From the IMG/VR virus record IMGVR_UViG_3300025890_000019: a stretch of DNA of 42,634 bases; one strand, written 5' to 3'. The notes beneath the pieces were generated by a model, which did no database searches, had not been told where the DNA came from, and worked only from the letters and a program-made list of their open reading frames with translations. This document shows positions 13,101 to 20,113 of the stretch, in pieces. The translations under genes were made by a program, and so were the position numbers. The DNA comes from a virus. Each line of letters starts with the position of its first letter. Positions within the stretch are counted from its first letter, which is position 1.

Positions 13101-15854
13101 CAAAGCAAAAAATTTGTTGTCGATGTCTAATACTGTGTGGCTTGTGGTCTTGTATGCACCTATGCCCAGCATGTCTGTTTGAAAATATGGTAAAGAATTA
13201 TTATTGTCTTTGTTTATTTTTTTTAAAATTTCATCAACCATTTGACTGGAAGTTCCGTCAAATCCTAAATCATCCATTGCACTGATAAATGATCTTTTAA
13301 ATTTGAAATAATCAGTTTGACTTCTTGTGATTGCTGAAATTACATTAACGTCTTTATTGTTTAAAAGATATGAAGACAACACCATCGGTCCACTGTGTTG
13401 TAAAAACTTTCTACCATACTGCGTTGCATTTGGAAAATCTCTAAGGTTACTAGAACCCGGAGTAATACCTTGAATGTCTTTTAATTCATTTGTAATAGAT
13501 TTAACATGATCAGTCACCTGCCCAACAGTAAATTTAGTTGTTTTTGCATTAAGTGGATTTGCTTGTAAATTTGTTGGAAATTCATAATGACCATTATCAT
13601 TTTTAGAAGTTGCACTGCTGGTTCTAATTACAACCACATCATCAATTTTTAAATTATTGGTAAAATTAACGTATGCTACACCGTCTATTCTTAGAATTGA
13701 CCAATCAGTATTTTCAACTTTTTTATTATTGTTTACAAATACATTTGCTGACAAATCGTTTAAATCGCCACTTTTATTGTAAACATCAATGGCAAAATTA
13801 TTTTTTTGTTTATCAGTAGCAATGTACTGTCTGTTAATTTTTTGAAAACTGTCAGTGGGTGCTTTCGTCCAACCATTAACTGTTTTAAAATTACCATCGG
13901 CATCATATTTCTTTAAAAATGATGTTTCTGAAGTCAACGTCCCGCTTAAACTTTGTGATTGGTATGTATAACTTTGATTTAGTAGATCAAAATCAAAAAC
14001 AATATCTCCAATATTTTCTACATTAGAGTAAGTTAGAGCAAAGCCTAATTCTGTATCTACTGCTCCTGTACCTTCAACATATTTAAAAATTTTGTTTCCT
14101 GCAAATGAACTGTTAGGATACACAATAGTGTCAGTGAAACTTACGCCATTACTATCAAACAAATCAAATAAAGGAGTTTGATTTACTTTTGTTTTTGTTT
14201 GTCCTGCTGTCCACGTTGTACCGTTATAATAATACCATTTACCTTGATTACCTTTTCCGTCGGTAGCCAATATTGTTTCTCCTTCTGATGGAGAAGAATT
14301 TGTGATTTCAACTAAACTAATCTGATCTGTGACTGTGGTTCCTTCTGTAAATTTGATAAATTTGACTTCATAAATCTTATTTTTAACCAGAGGATCTGTG
14401 TCAGCAGTGAATAAAACTTTCATTCCGTTGGTCAACGCAACACCATCTATGTAAAATCCTAACGATCCTTCAACATCGCTCATTACATCTTTTGTCACTG
14501 TGTCTATTAAATCAATATTTTCTTTCTTTTTAAAACCAAAATTGTATAGTTTGATGCCTGCTTCGAATTCAATGATAGGTCTTCTTGCTCTTGTGTCTTG
14601 ATCAAGATTTGCAATTTGTCCGTTTGCTTTAGCACTTGCTTCAATTACAGACTTGTGAATCCATCTGTTGGATCTACTCCAAGGATTTCTATCTGGCGAT
14701 GCTCTGTTTATCACAATGTAATCTTTGTCAACAGCATATGATGTTGCTGTTCCAAAACCCACAGTGTCAAAGTTTTTAGAATCAAACGGAATCGGCGTTA
14801 CGTCTGTGAACGGACTTTTTACTTCTAATTCTTGTGCATCTATTAACTGAATTGCTTCACCTACACCTTCAACAAAAAAAGTTTTGTCAGCATACTCCAC
14901 AGGTGTCACTGTGCCAGCAAAATTTATTTTCATACCGTTAGATAATTCAACGCCATCAGCAGTTGAATAATTTTTCTTGCCTAGCAGTTCGTTTGTGACA
15001 TCTATTGCAGAATTTTCTTCAATGTCGTATATCTGTATCAATCCCCAAGCATTGATATCATTGTCGCTACCATAGTATAGTTTTTCAGGTGCTGAATCTT
15101 TAACTTCAAACGTAACAATGCCGTTTTCCACACTTTGTACATCTATACCATCAGCAACAGCGACATTATAAGAATCATCCAGTATGCGTTGTGTTCTTAT
15201 TACAAAAGGTAATCCTTGTGCATCAATGTCAAACTTGTACGTTTGCCCTTTGTATAATTTAAGTGTTGGGTTTGCAGTAAGTCCATTGGGCGTGAAAATA
15301 TAAGCATAGTTGTCTGTTTGATCAGACTTTGTCACTGTGTATGTGCTGACAACATTTCTTTGTTGTCCTGTTATTGTGACTGCTGATGCACCATATGGCA
15401 TCCAAAAATATTCTCTGTAATTTACAAATTTGTCCCAATCAATTCTTGGAGACCAAGCATAATATTCTTGAGCATTAAGAACGCTGTGGTCAGTGATGCT
15501 TCCGTTTAGATTCTGTATTTGATTAACAAAATCTATGTAGTCTGAATAAAAGTTTACATTGCCCAGGTCATCTTGTTGTACTATGCTGGGTTCAAATTTG
15601 TAGTTCTCTCTGTCAGCAGTGACTTCCGGCACGTATAAATCAGATGCTTTGTAGGCATCTGTAACCTTACGTCCATAGTATGCGTTTAATTTTTCTAGTG
15701 TTCCTTGAGATATAAGTTGGTCAACTGTGCTGTGTAAAAATTTATTATTAACCGGCGTTCTAAAATATTTAGGTAAAAACTCTGAAGACTCTCTTTTACC
15801 GTTGTCTTTGCCGGCTGGCAAATTGACGTCTTTCTGATTGTTGTCGTATGCCAT
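1179..15854 (-). CDS. Giant multidomain baseplate wedge/adhesin-like structural protein (4,891 aa; gp7-like position)
   Basis: Uninterrupted ORF coupled to the gp6 stop (TAATG). Contains FG-GAP-like blades (FGKAVDISPDGNFVVIGAP; FGADISISGDGELIAVGSP), four W/Y-rich CBM5/12-like modules, G(S/K/T)GY-P repeats and C-terminal (F/Y)xGDGST repeats. Confidence 0.75.
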   Translation of the reverse strand: MAYDNNQKDVNLPAGKDNGKRESSEFLPKYFRTPVNNKFLHSTVDQLISQGTLEKLNAYYGRKVTDAYKASDLYVPEVTADRENYKFEPSIVQQDDLGNVNFYSDYIDFVNQIQNLNGSITDHSVLNAQEYYAWSPRIDWDKFVNYREYFWMPYGASAVTITGQQRNVVSTYTVTKSDQTDNYAYIFTPNGLTANPTLKLYKGQTYKFDIDAQGLPFVIRTQRILDDSYNVAVADGIDVQSVENGIVTFEVKDSAPEKLYYGSDNDINAWGLIQIYDIEENSAIDVTNELLGKKNYSTADGVELSNGMKINFAGTVTPVEYADKTFFVEGVGEAIQLIDAQELEVKSPFTDVTPIPFDSKNFDTVGFGTATSYAVDKDYIVINRASPDRNPWSRSNRWIHKSVIEASAKANGQIANLDQDTRARRPIIEFEAGIKLYNFGFKKKENIDLIDTVTKDVMSDVEGSLGFYIDGVALTNGMKVLFTADTDPLVKNKIYEVKFIKFTEGTTVTDQISLVEITNSSPSEGETILATDGKGNQGKWYYYNGTTWTAGQTKTKVNQTPLFDLFDSNGVSFTDTIVYPNSSFAGNKIFKYVEGTGAVDTELGFALTYSNVENIGDIVFDFDLLNQSYTYQSQSLSGTLTSETSFLKKYDADGNFKTVNGWTKAPTDSFQKINRQYIATDKQKNNFAIDVYNKSGDLNDLSANVFVNNNKKVENTDWSILRIDGVAYVNFTNNLKIDDVVVIRTSSATSKNDNGHYEFPTNLQANPLNAKTTKFTVGQVTDHVKSITNELKDIQGITPGSSNLRDFPNATQYGRKFLQHSGPMVLSSYLLNNKDVNVISAITRSQTDYFKFKRSFISAMDDLGFDGTSSQMVDEILKKINKDNNNSLPYFQTDMLGIGAYKTTSHTVLDIDNKFFALSNNFDLTALSTKAVYVYHNDVQLVHGVDYVFADGFVQVTKTVALDDIIVVNEFETTNGSHIPATPTKLGLYPKYTPKLYSDTTAVTPVNVIQGHDGSVIVAFNDFRDDVILELEKRIHNNIKTTYDETLFDIKSFVPRAYSTNKFTFESVNKTLLGDFNNWLTFIGNDDYTANTYHKEDNSLTWNYSSMVSPQNKNLLGFWRGVYTHAYDTDRPNIAPWEMLGYSQAPTWWETVYGPAPYTKDNLILWQDLEKGIVREPNKKIVIKDKYKRTGLTNNIPVDSDGNIRSPFDSGYASGSALQLTQDKFKFGDYSPIENTWRRSVHYPFALLKSYILHQPNKAIGIGLDTDKISRNASGQIVYNSATAIRPADIVWPSSVNDDTVTLTSGLLNYVFEIVENSQTTNYADYKKQFAGLQTQIGFKIRGYSNKDKFRLLLDSKTPLNSSTLFVPEENYKLVYNVSTPVEIITYSGLIVEKLARGFSIKGYDKDDPYIRYHSAFQQTNDPTITVGGISAAFVNWSENKRYDSGTYVKFQDNFYAVDETHIATETFDVSKFIKLVDLPTEGGATGILRNNFLTDTVQSVAYGTVFEDIQTVVDVILGYESYLKTKGFEFDQYDSQTQLVANWQLSVKEFLFWTTQNWDEGAVISLSPASKKLVVTSKYATTDNVVENYYSYGVLKEDGNKLDRTNLRIVRKSNTFELFTKNTVNGIYFAKVPLVQKEHVCLIDNTTVFNDLIYDPASGYKQDRIKMLGYVTEWDGSLNIPGFIFDEAKVKLWAPYTDYAMSDVVKHKQFYYTANTKLKGTTEFDDNNWRRLEGKPESNLLSNFDYQINQFGDFYDLDTDNFDRQQQKLAQHLIGYQQREYLSNIINDDVSQYKFYQGYVREKGTANALNKLFDALASADKESLEFFEEWAIRKGQYGAVDTFDEIEYKLDESQFRLNPQPILLTDDQPATATDLVYRIQSGQTYLKPTDYQHTPFPVKYEKNTYIKNAGPVNPVDITLTLADYDDLLTSTSVSTLDEGQYVWVGNKKGTWNVLRFSNTEQKIVSIIKDGSTITVNTLNNPDMEVGEIFVVNADGTDYVFKSTFVGITSIQCEDVQGFASIPSAVGFIKRFTESRLSAITDINTRIVDQGLRNNEKFWVDESDDGKWKIVNNKFVFKKHNELSSTSISGDESFGTVIAANKQNSTVLVSQPTDEDGKIYVFTRGSESGTLSLAQIIEAPTTDPLLSNVDLFGASSNFGKAVDISPDGNFVVIGAPNAGNLKTEYKGVYSTSSNYNVGNIVQYKQQLWRATNQVEGEIAQDLFSTFDASAFYKENVGFQTTNLLIGDSIFANQTTDHMLIRASADQYTATKIGDRLILDYLDFNSAYPIDRNNYSKAPLEPFNGADSPTIKNNIFSGAEISIQEKIDEILEVSNTLTDPVIGNLLSTSTAEGTVVYVRKVAAKTLIYLKDVSGVFAESGSLLLDILPIGDYSRVNSEAYDYLGGWWKVGIGANVSTNAGSDVTTNTVIQDIKVLNEVRDTNLFFSSLEQSIAPITPQAPLVKAQFGIGTYYQDYYIDAGTNSWQINATPQATLSNKWFVRTGYDIAHDSTLNSSNSSNNVSVWINKDDTETFATLNIDSSDTNGLKEVVDIWEGYVDVDSQPDNNANYYFPTAGVHQIYDPLTQAQADVTFVQFIALEKIRIYFNNSNNKQFSLGSNAGASSTITRIGGGVNRTLGSIEQAVQSGDTDGDILVFEHTAPITASGDPDFYTVNDTEYWIWDEFENVAGISQTANIPGSKNKDWLQIHNIPIGEGVQSGFTNQGAFLIYKKNTQGLFEYSSAYTVPDTQSGLRLGSRIQLRDVGGNITAFIGAEGDGTSNLPGKIYFVNYSATKNWWLGVDKNYMGVFDDQTDYLKDELVVFGNQLYKAKTNISANVWQSSLWTLQDTHTDFLGYVPNDTGVELQGDSTLDQNNLIKFANTFDVDTNGVNVVLTNKYSDDSQNVVVYRQSDGHYTYKQTITPVDDSAAIINFGADISISGDGELIAVGSPLVDLADTDMGSVYVYKKVDNDSGQYTLNQTLVSPSRETSAQFGNTLSFSGDILAVTSLKGDQQLSTLIDAGETVFDGEMTNFVETQSDVGSIHLYQKFENTLLYGEKFTYVNDTLEQFGTNLLVNNNHVYVGLPKLQLENKEKGTLVDFRKSPVEFNWNSLHESSEGIDQPDLSKIQGIFLYSKSTNKLLTRLDYVDPIFGKIPGPAEAEISYKTNYDPAVYNSSTTVGTLDTTNHWDDSQVGKLWWNISKATYYYPYQSNIIFNNSYWNKLFVGASIDVHEWIESPYTPAQYNTISESDEGSALGITGTVERTTDFVTKKVYDKVAGVLSNRYFYWVKSKTTTPELESRKLSANAVEKMIKDPRAQGYKYVTVFGKNKFAIINCDSFIQDKDTIISFRLNTVESKNNIHKEYALLTQDSATSTLPKDVETVWFDSLIGYDSKLNPVPDPNLSDKLKYGTLQNPRQSWFANKQEALKQTMERVNTSLKTKLVVDEIDISNLIKSDPAPTINTGLFDTTVDTEKDLDFVGVGSVKPASLNITVTNGQISNVTITDAGKGYKSIPTYKIKSITGEDAVIGLTIDVNGSINSAKVLKAGSNYKDNATVQVRTFSALVNADSTVDGKWAIYNYTVGDGWQKTKIQAFNVNLYWNYADWYKTDYSQFTAIDHVIAQSYEINTLDDSIGQIVKIETIGSGGWLLLKKIDNQTDVDYTVNYETVGRQNGTIQFSEKLYVYSGNVGFDSNSFDIQLYDRQPIQETRVILETIRDKIFVEELAIEYNKMYFAGIQYALSENKLNDFVFKTSFVKAQHNVGELEQKITFKNDNLSNYEDYVQEIKPYKSKIREYVSSYEKTEPTNSVITDFDYAPKYVNGEITPSKVTVNNDELIGADGITTYPDKNWKDNIGYKITAINIANGGTSYTNPPAVVITGGGGTGATATAYIKNGKVYRINVTNSGSGYISSPTITLSGSTTGTQAKASAVLGESLPRTTHIGIKFDRNTGDTFITSLQRTETFTGNASKLKFKLKWPMDLRTNTISILVAGKKQLKSEFTYANEIDETKTYVRNTGYIQFTLPPANLSTISISYKINEDILNTADRFALYEPTSGMPGKELAQVIDGIDYGGVEVRSIGFENNSGWGNEPFMESEWDTFDESYEDEVFYLDGSTLTLNLANTLVSGIEYHIYQNGKRVDDPAFDAGNPTNILAQMNSLQGDGSTKTVDISMLETDDGDIIIVRKSTSDGSFLPDPNIVDTLVKGGDLTYSTAQGINAEDINVDGDGFVTETTAKGPEEFVPGQVLDTLDIQVYDRGQNSGSKINSYNYVGDGTTTEFGFVDSPQSNTAIFLSINNILYNTNQFTVNYQDKHIDLDQAPAVGDKINFITMGNNGESILDVDTFTGDGSTVEYVTRAKFKAGNIQTFVKVDGQDATYSVIETDSSYAVPNRVAIRFNNAPASDSFINIVVYESASQSFSEVTQDTFTGDGSTVSYQMNQTPFTQTPFTNNVIVKVNNDVLRSGFHRRFTVSTLREYEFENWQVLPGTINATDVRAYINKIELTSAEYRWNPGNSSITLSTGIGQAGDTVDVYIENGEYSVNDSGLITFTTAPAQSSTVTIYQFSKHDVQDIDRTQYDVVEKLTITVNTEDYFQYNQLTNGIVKLNRPAVDAQYVWVCVNGEWLAPSVDYTVSNNQMYLKINRTLSQNDEIDVIHFTAPSFVGKFAYRQFKDIMNRTHFKRIGDDKQYTLAQNLSWNDKEIELIDATGITEPSVASQQPGIIFIDNERIEYYKKDGNKLQQLRRGTFGTGIAEIHHANTDVYDQSAFQNVPYKDSFISETYTGADVVNNTLNIGFTPKSVNEFELFVGGKRMRKNSISVYDPTLGQDSPEADSTVPAEFSVTGTTAVITFTSTPVENAQILLVRKQGKIWQTGTDPLSQTENDIARFIRQKEVAVPQ

Positions 15855-18800
15855 TAATATCCACTGCCTCCACTAGAGCCTCCTGAACTTGAACTACTTG
15901 AACTAGTTGAACTAGTTGTGCTAGTAGGCAGTGTTCCGCTTAATGTACTCACTGTTGATGAATTCATTGTGATGTTTCCGTCTGCTCTTAATTTAGAGGC
16001 TGTCACAGCATCTATAATAGCAACATCAGAAACCTTAGCACCACTTATAAAAATCTCATCATTTTCTGATTTGATTTCAAACAAACTTCCAAATGCTTTT
16101 GAGCCTTCTTTAGGCACAATAACAAAAGTTGATACATCTGGCGCCAATTGATTCATCACATATGTGCTTAATTCTGAAAAATAAAACGTGTCACCAAATT
16201 CCCAGTTTTCTAAAGCAAAGAATTGATTTATTGCTGTGACAATTCTGCTTTTAATATCACTGTCATTGGTAACTTGGTCAGTATTTTTAACAATTTTAAA
16301 TGTTGCTTGTAAACTTGTGTCTGCTTGTGATCCAAATAAGATTTTGTATTTTACTGGATGATACACAATTGTGTCACTGATTGATTTAATTTTTGCCAAC
16401 GGCGTGTTAAAGTTTGTGTACAACGAATCACTGCTGGGCAAAGCCGGTTGTGTTGCTGTGGCTCCTGCCAACCATAATCTAAAATCTATGTCATATGTTC
16501 TTGTTAATATGTACATGTCTATGATGTTAGACGAACTAGGATCTAATCTTGTGTTTCCGTCAACTGTGTGTACATATTGAAACTTAACATTGTCTCTTCC
16601 AATGTGAGCAACATAATTTGATACATTAGCAGTGGTGTTTGTTGTTGTGTTCACTTGTTTGAAACTGTTGCTGTCTATCAAATAAACAATGGATCCATTT
16701 GGATAATCTCCAACAGCACCCACTGATGTTTGTCTCACATAAATTTTTTCTGAAGTAGCATCAACATAAGCATATCTTTGTGTGCCATCACTGTCGTTTA
16801 TTAATTTTTGAAAAATATACTTGGTTGTTGTGTTAGTTGCAGGATCAACCACCAAATCAAATGCGTTTGGATTGTCCACTATTCCGTCTTGATCTGAATC
16901 AAATTGTGTAAGTTCTATTTTTGCACTGTCCACATATCCACTTAATGTTCTGTATTCTGTAGAAACAGCAAAATTAATATCATTGTTGAATGCGTTGTTG
17001 CTGTCTGGTTTTGTGTTCACCGACATTACACTGACTTTGTCTTGAAGTGTTGTGCCTGTCTTTGCATTGAAGTTTCTATCAGCACTATCATAAAAGAATC
17101 TTACTTCTTTTTTGCTTTCAAACACATATCTTAGTCCTCTGTATGTGATTGTGTAGGTAGCGCCATCATTAATACATTTGATTATCCAACTTGAATCTAG
17201 TTGTTGATTGGATTCGTCACCTGTTTTACCAACATTAAAATCTCCATACACATTCAAATTGTTTTCATCAATTACATTCCATTTTCTTGTTTGAACATCA
17301 TAACGTATTCCAAAGTTGTTGTATGCAAACGCCTGATCAATAATGATCGTTTTCACATCGTCGGAAAATTGTTTTGCAAATTTAGGAAGTATTTCACTCA
17401 CAATAGCACCAGTTGGAATCACATCGTTAAATTTAATTGCACCTGCACCTGTTGAAGTGTTGTTAACACCGTCATTGTACACACTGACTATAGATGTCCA
17501 AATGTATTCTTTTGATCCTGGATGATCTGCCGCTCCATTCATTAATGAATTGTCTTCCATAAAGTGTTTGCCTGCTGGAGCAACAAATTTAATCATTGCA
17601 CCTGGTTCAATATATTTCAATTGACTGGCTGTGTATGTGCCTACTTGATAATCTAAAATATTCACATCATCTATCAATTTCCCTGTAGATTCGTTTGTGG
17701 CATTTGTTACTTGTTGCCAAACTGGAATTAAGTCTGTTAATAATATTTTAGGAAATTTTTCTAGATAATAGTTTCTTGTTTGATTTTTTGATAACAGTGG
17801 TTCTAGTTGATTTATGATTACACCTTCTATATCTGTTTGAGTTGTAAAACTGAACGAATCAACATTTTCCGTTTCTTCTTTGTATATCACACCGTCAGCA
17901 CCAAACACATTGGTGTTGCTGTATTTTCCTGTGGCATCTATTAGATCATAATATCTTGATATTCCACTTGAAGTTCTGTTTGTTGCTTTTACTTTTATAA
18001 TTTCTTGATTTGTTCCTAATGGCGCAACATTATAATCTTCGCCTGTGATCATTCTGTTTTGTGTGTAATATGTTGCCGGAGCATTCAATCTGATATTGTC
18101 ATTGGTCTCTGATGGAGTTGCGTTATCCACTGTGTACTGCAAACCAAGTGTTAATGTTAACACTTCTACTTGATTGTTTGACGAAACATATTGAACATCT
18201 ACTTGAATATTTTGCATGTCAGCAGGAGTAATTCTAATATTTTGATTTTTACTTCTTCTGTAATAAACCTTAAAACTGCCTTTAGGTAAATTTCCAAATA
18301 TTCCATCTGCAAATTTCAGGCTGATTGAATCATCAGTGTCACTCAATACTGTGTAAATGTTTCTTAAATTTTTTGATGTTGAATTGTATATAACATTGTT
18401 ACCTGTTACTGCATCAACTTTTGTCCATTCTGTGTCTTCTAATCCAGTGTCCACATCCAGTTGGTATAGCCAAACATCTGTGTTGTTAACATTGCTGGAT
18501 TCAATTGCAACAGATTGATTGTCTGACGGCACATCAATTGTAAAACCACCGTTGTCTAAAACACCCTGTCTAAAGTGTGTAAAAAATCCTGTGTTGTTGC
18601 TGGCATTTCCTTTGCCATCATCTTTGTGTAGTAAACTAAATTTTCTTCCTGTTAATGGTGATTCTTCTATTACAGAACCTTCATTAAAAGATGTTGATAC
18701 AATTTCAAAAGGTAAATTTTGTCCATTAACAGATTTATTAAATGCATACACAGGTACGTCCACACTGTTAGCATTGATTCTGTATTGGCTGGTTGGAACA

Positions 18801-19342
18801 GCATCTATGTTTTCTGATTTAACAGGATTTCCAAATTTTTCATTTTCAGCCAAAGAGGCATTTAAAATTTTAATAAATTGTTCATACCAGTTGGTATTGC
18901 CTGCATCATTCCAACTCACAGTTTGTCCGCTTAGATTCAAGTTGTTGCTGTCCACAATATTTTCAGTTGTGCTGATGCCTACTATTTTCATCAAGCCATT
19001 TGCACATTGATTTCTTGTTGGATTGTAACTGATCAATCTTGCCAGTCTTAGTATTGAATCTCTTCTGTCTGCTGTTTCTAAAAAATTCTCTCTTGCATTC
19101 AAGTCTGTTCTGAAAGCCAGATTTTGTCCTAGGTATGCAACCAAATCTATCAGTGCTAGATATTCTGATGATTCGATATAATCATTGAAATCTTCTGGAT
19201 AATTCTGTCTGATGTATTGAACCATTGTTCTGCGAATGGTATCAAAGTCGTAACTTTTGAATTCCGCATTTTTGTAAGACTGATATACTCTTTTCCAGTC
19301 TTCTGCCAACAATAATCTGTTTTGTCTATCTGTGGATGACAT
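15854..19342 (-). CDS. gp6: Baseplate wedge subunit, T4 gp6-like (1,162 aa)
   Basis: N-terminal DFDTIRRTM...FNDYIESS...LIDLVAY...ENFLETA.RRDSILRLARLISYNP and internal ET.DNIRLNAP..YYTQNRMITGEDY are gp6/baseplate-J family motifs. Lies directly downstream of gp25. Confidence 0.85.
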   Translation of the reverse strand: MSSTDRQNRLLLAEDWKRVYQSYKNAEFKSYDFDTIRRTMVQYIRQNYPEDFNDYIESSEYLALIDLVAYLGQNLAFRTDLNARENFLETADRRDSILRLARLISYNPTRNQCANGLMKIVGISTTENIVDSNNLNLSGQTVSWNDAGNTNWYEQFIKILNASLAENEKFGNPVKSENIDAVPTSQYRINANSVDVPVYAFNKSVNGQNLPFEIVSTSFNEGSVIEESPLTGRKFSLLHKDDGKGNASNNTGFFTHFRQGVLDNGGFTIDVPSDNQSVAIESSNVNNTDVWLYQLDVDTGLEDTEWTKVDAVTGNNVIYNSTSKNLRNIYTVLSDTDDSISLKFADGIFGNLPKGSFKVYYRRSKNQNIRITPADMQNIQVDVQYVSSNNQVEVLTLTLGLQYTVDNATPSETNDNIRLNAPATYYTQNRMITGEDYNVAPLGTNQEIIKVKATNRTSSGISRYYDLIDATGKYSNTNVFGADGVIYKEETENVDSFSFTTQTDIEGVIINQLEPLLSKNQTRNYYLEKFPKILLTDLIPVWQQVTNATNESTGKLIDDVNILDYQVGTYTASQLKYIEPGAMIKFVAPAGKHFMEDNSLMNGAADHPGSKEYIWTSIVSVYNDGVNNTSTGAGAIKFNDVIPTGAIVSEILPKFAKQFSDDVKTIIIDQAFAYNNFGIRYDVQTRKWNVIDENNLNVYGDFNVGKTGDESNQQLDSSWIIKCINDGATYTITYRGLRYVFESKKEVRFFYDSADRNFNAKTGTTLQDKVSVMSVNTKPDSNNAFNNDINFAVSTEYRTLSGYVDSAKIELTQFDSDQDGIVDNPNAFDLVVDPATNTTTKYIFQKLINDSDGTQRYAYVDATSEKIYVRQTSVGAVGDYPNGSIVYLIDSNSFKQVNTTTNTTANVSNYVAHIGRDNVKFQYVHTVDGNTRLDPSSSNIIDMYILTRTYDIDFRLWLAGATATQPALPSSDSLYTNFNTPLAKIKSISDTIVYHPVKYKILFGSQADTSLQATFKIVKNTDQVTNDSDIKSRIVTAINQFFALENWEFGDTFYFSELSTYVMNQLAPDVSTFVIVPKEGSKAFGSLFEIKSENDEIFISGAKVSDVAIIDAVTASKLRADGNITMNSSTVSTLSGTLPTSTTSSTSSSSSSSGGSSGGSGY
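15885..15918. repeat. Short tandem repeat (gaacta[c/g]tt) encoding the poly-Ser C-terminal tail of gp6
   Basis: gaactt gaactactt gaactagtt gaactagtt; translates within STTSSTSSSSSSSGGSSGGSGY. Confidence 0.6.
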
Positions 19343-19391
19343 TGGTTTCCTTTGTTATCACATTATTTATTTGTTTATATAAACAGAGCAT

Positions 19392-19832
19392 TTAATTCAG
19401 TAACCCATTATTCTCGTCAAATGTCAGTCTCAATTTCTCAGATACATTATATTTGAGGTATTGCAGTTCAACTTCTATTTGTAACCCTGACTCAAACGGT
19501 GTTATTATCACAGTGTCTGCTTTTATTCTGGGATCACTGTCAATTATTTTGATCACATCATCTTTAATTGCATCTTCTAGATCAGGTGTCAAAGGATCGT
19601 GTATCACGTCCCATATGATTGTGCCAAATTCAGGATTTTCAAGTTTCTCACCCTGTGATATGTGAAAATGGTTTAATAGATCCTGTTTGATTAATCCAAT
19701 GTCATTTAGACTGAATGTAGTGTTGTCTGGATTCACAGTGCTTATGCCTCTGTACATTCTTTGTGTAGCAGGAGTCTTGGCTGTTTGAGCAGATGTAACT
19801 GTAACCTCTTTATATAATTTTTTGTGTGCCAT
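19392..19832 (-). CDS. gp25: Baseplate wedge/sheath initiator, gp25 (GPW/gp25 family)
   Basis: D..LIKQDLLNHF.I.QGEKL.NPEFG..I.D...DP...DPRI signature; sits between PAAR and gp6. Confidence 0.88.
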   Translation of the reverse strand: MAHKKLYKEVTVTSAQTAKTPATQRMYRGISTVNPDNTTFSLNDIGLIKQDLLNHFHISQGEKLENPEFGTIIWDVIHDPLTPDLEDAIKDDVIKIIDSDPRIKADTVIITPFESGLQIEVELQYLKYNVSEKLRLTFDENNGLLN

Positions 19833-19840
19833 AATGATAT

Positions 19841-20113
19841 TTAACCAGCAAATACTTTGCCACTACCAGTAGCGGTGTGACCACAAGTTGCCGCGTCTCC
19901 TTCCCTGCATATTAATATTGAATTTGCTTTTACTTTTGCACTGCTACCGCTCATAGTGGCATCACAGTGTGGAGGTATTGGACAAGGTGCATGTGCCTCA
20001 ACTGCCGCTCCAACAACAACAATTGGTACTCCTTCCACAATAACTTTTGGTGCTAAATTACCAACTATTGTGCCTACTGCTGTGTCTACTGTTACTCTAC
20101 TAACTCCTGGCAT
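19841..20113 (-). CDS. PAAR-domain spike tip protein (gp5.4-like)
   Basis: 90 aa with V..EG.PIV.VG, HAPCPIPPH, GS.KV...I.REGD...CGH...GSGKVFAG; His/Cys metal ligands; coupled to the gp5-like gene. Confidence 0.88.
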   Translation of the reverse strand: MPGVSRVTVDTAVGTIVGNLAPKVIVEGVPIVVVGAAVEAHAPCPIPPHCDATMSGSSAKVKANSILICREGDAATCGHTATGSGKVFAG

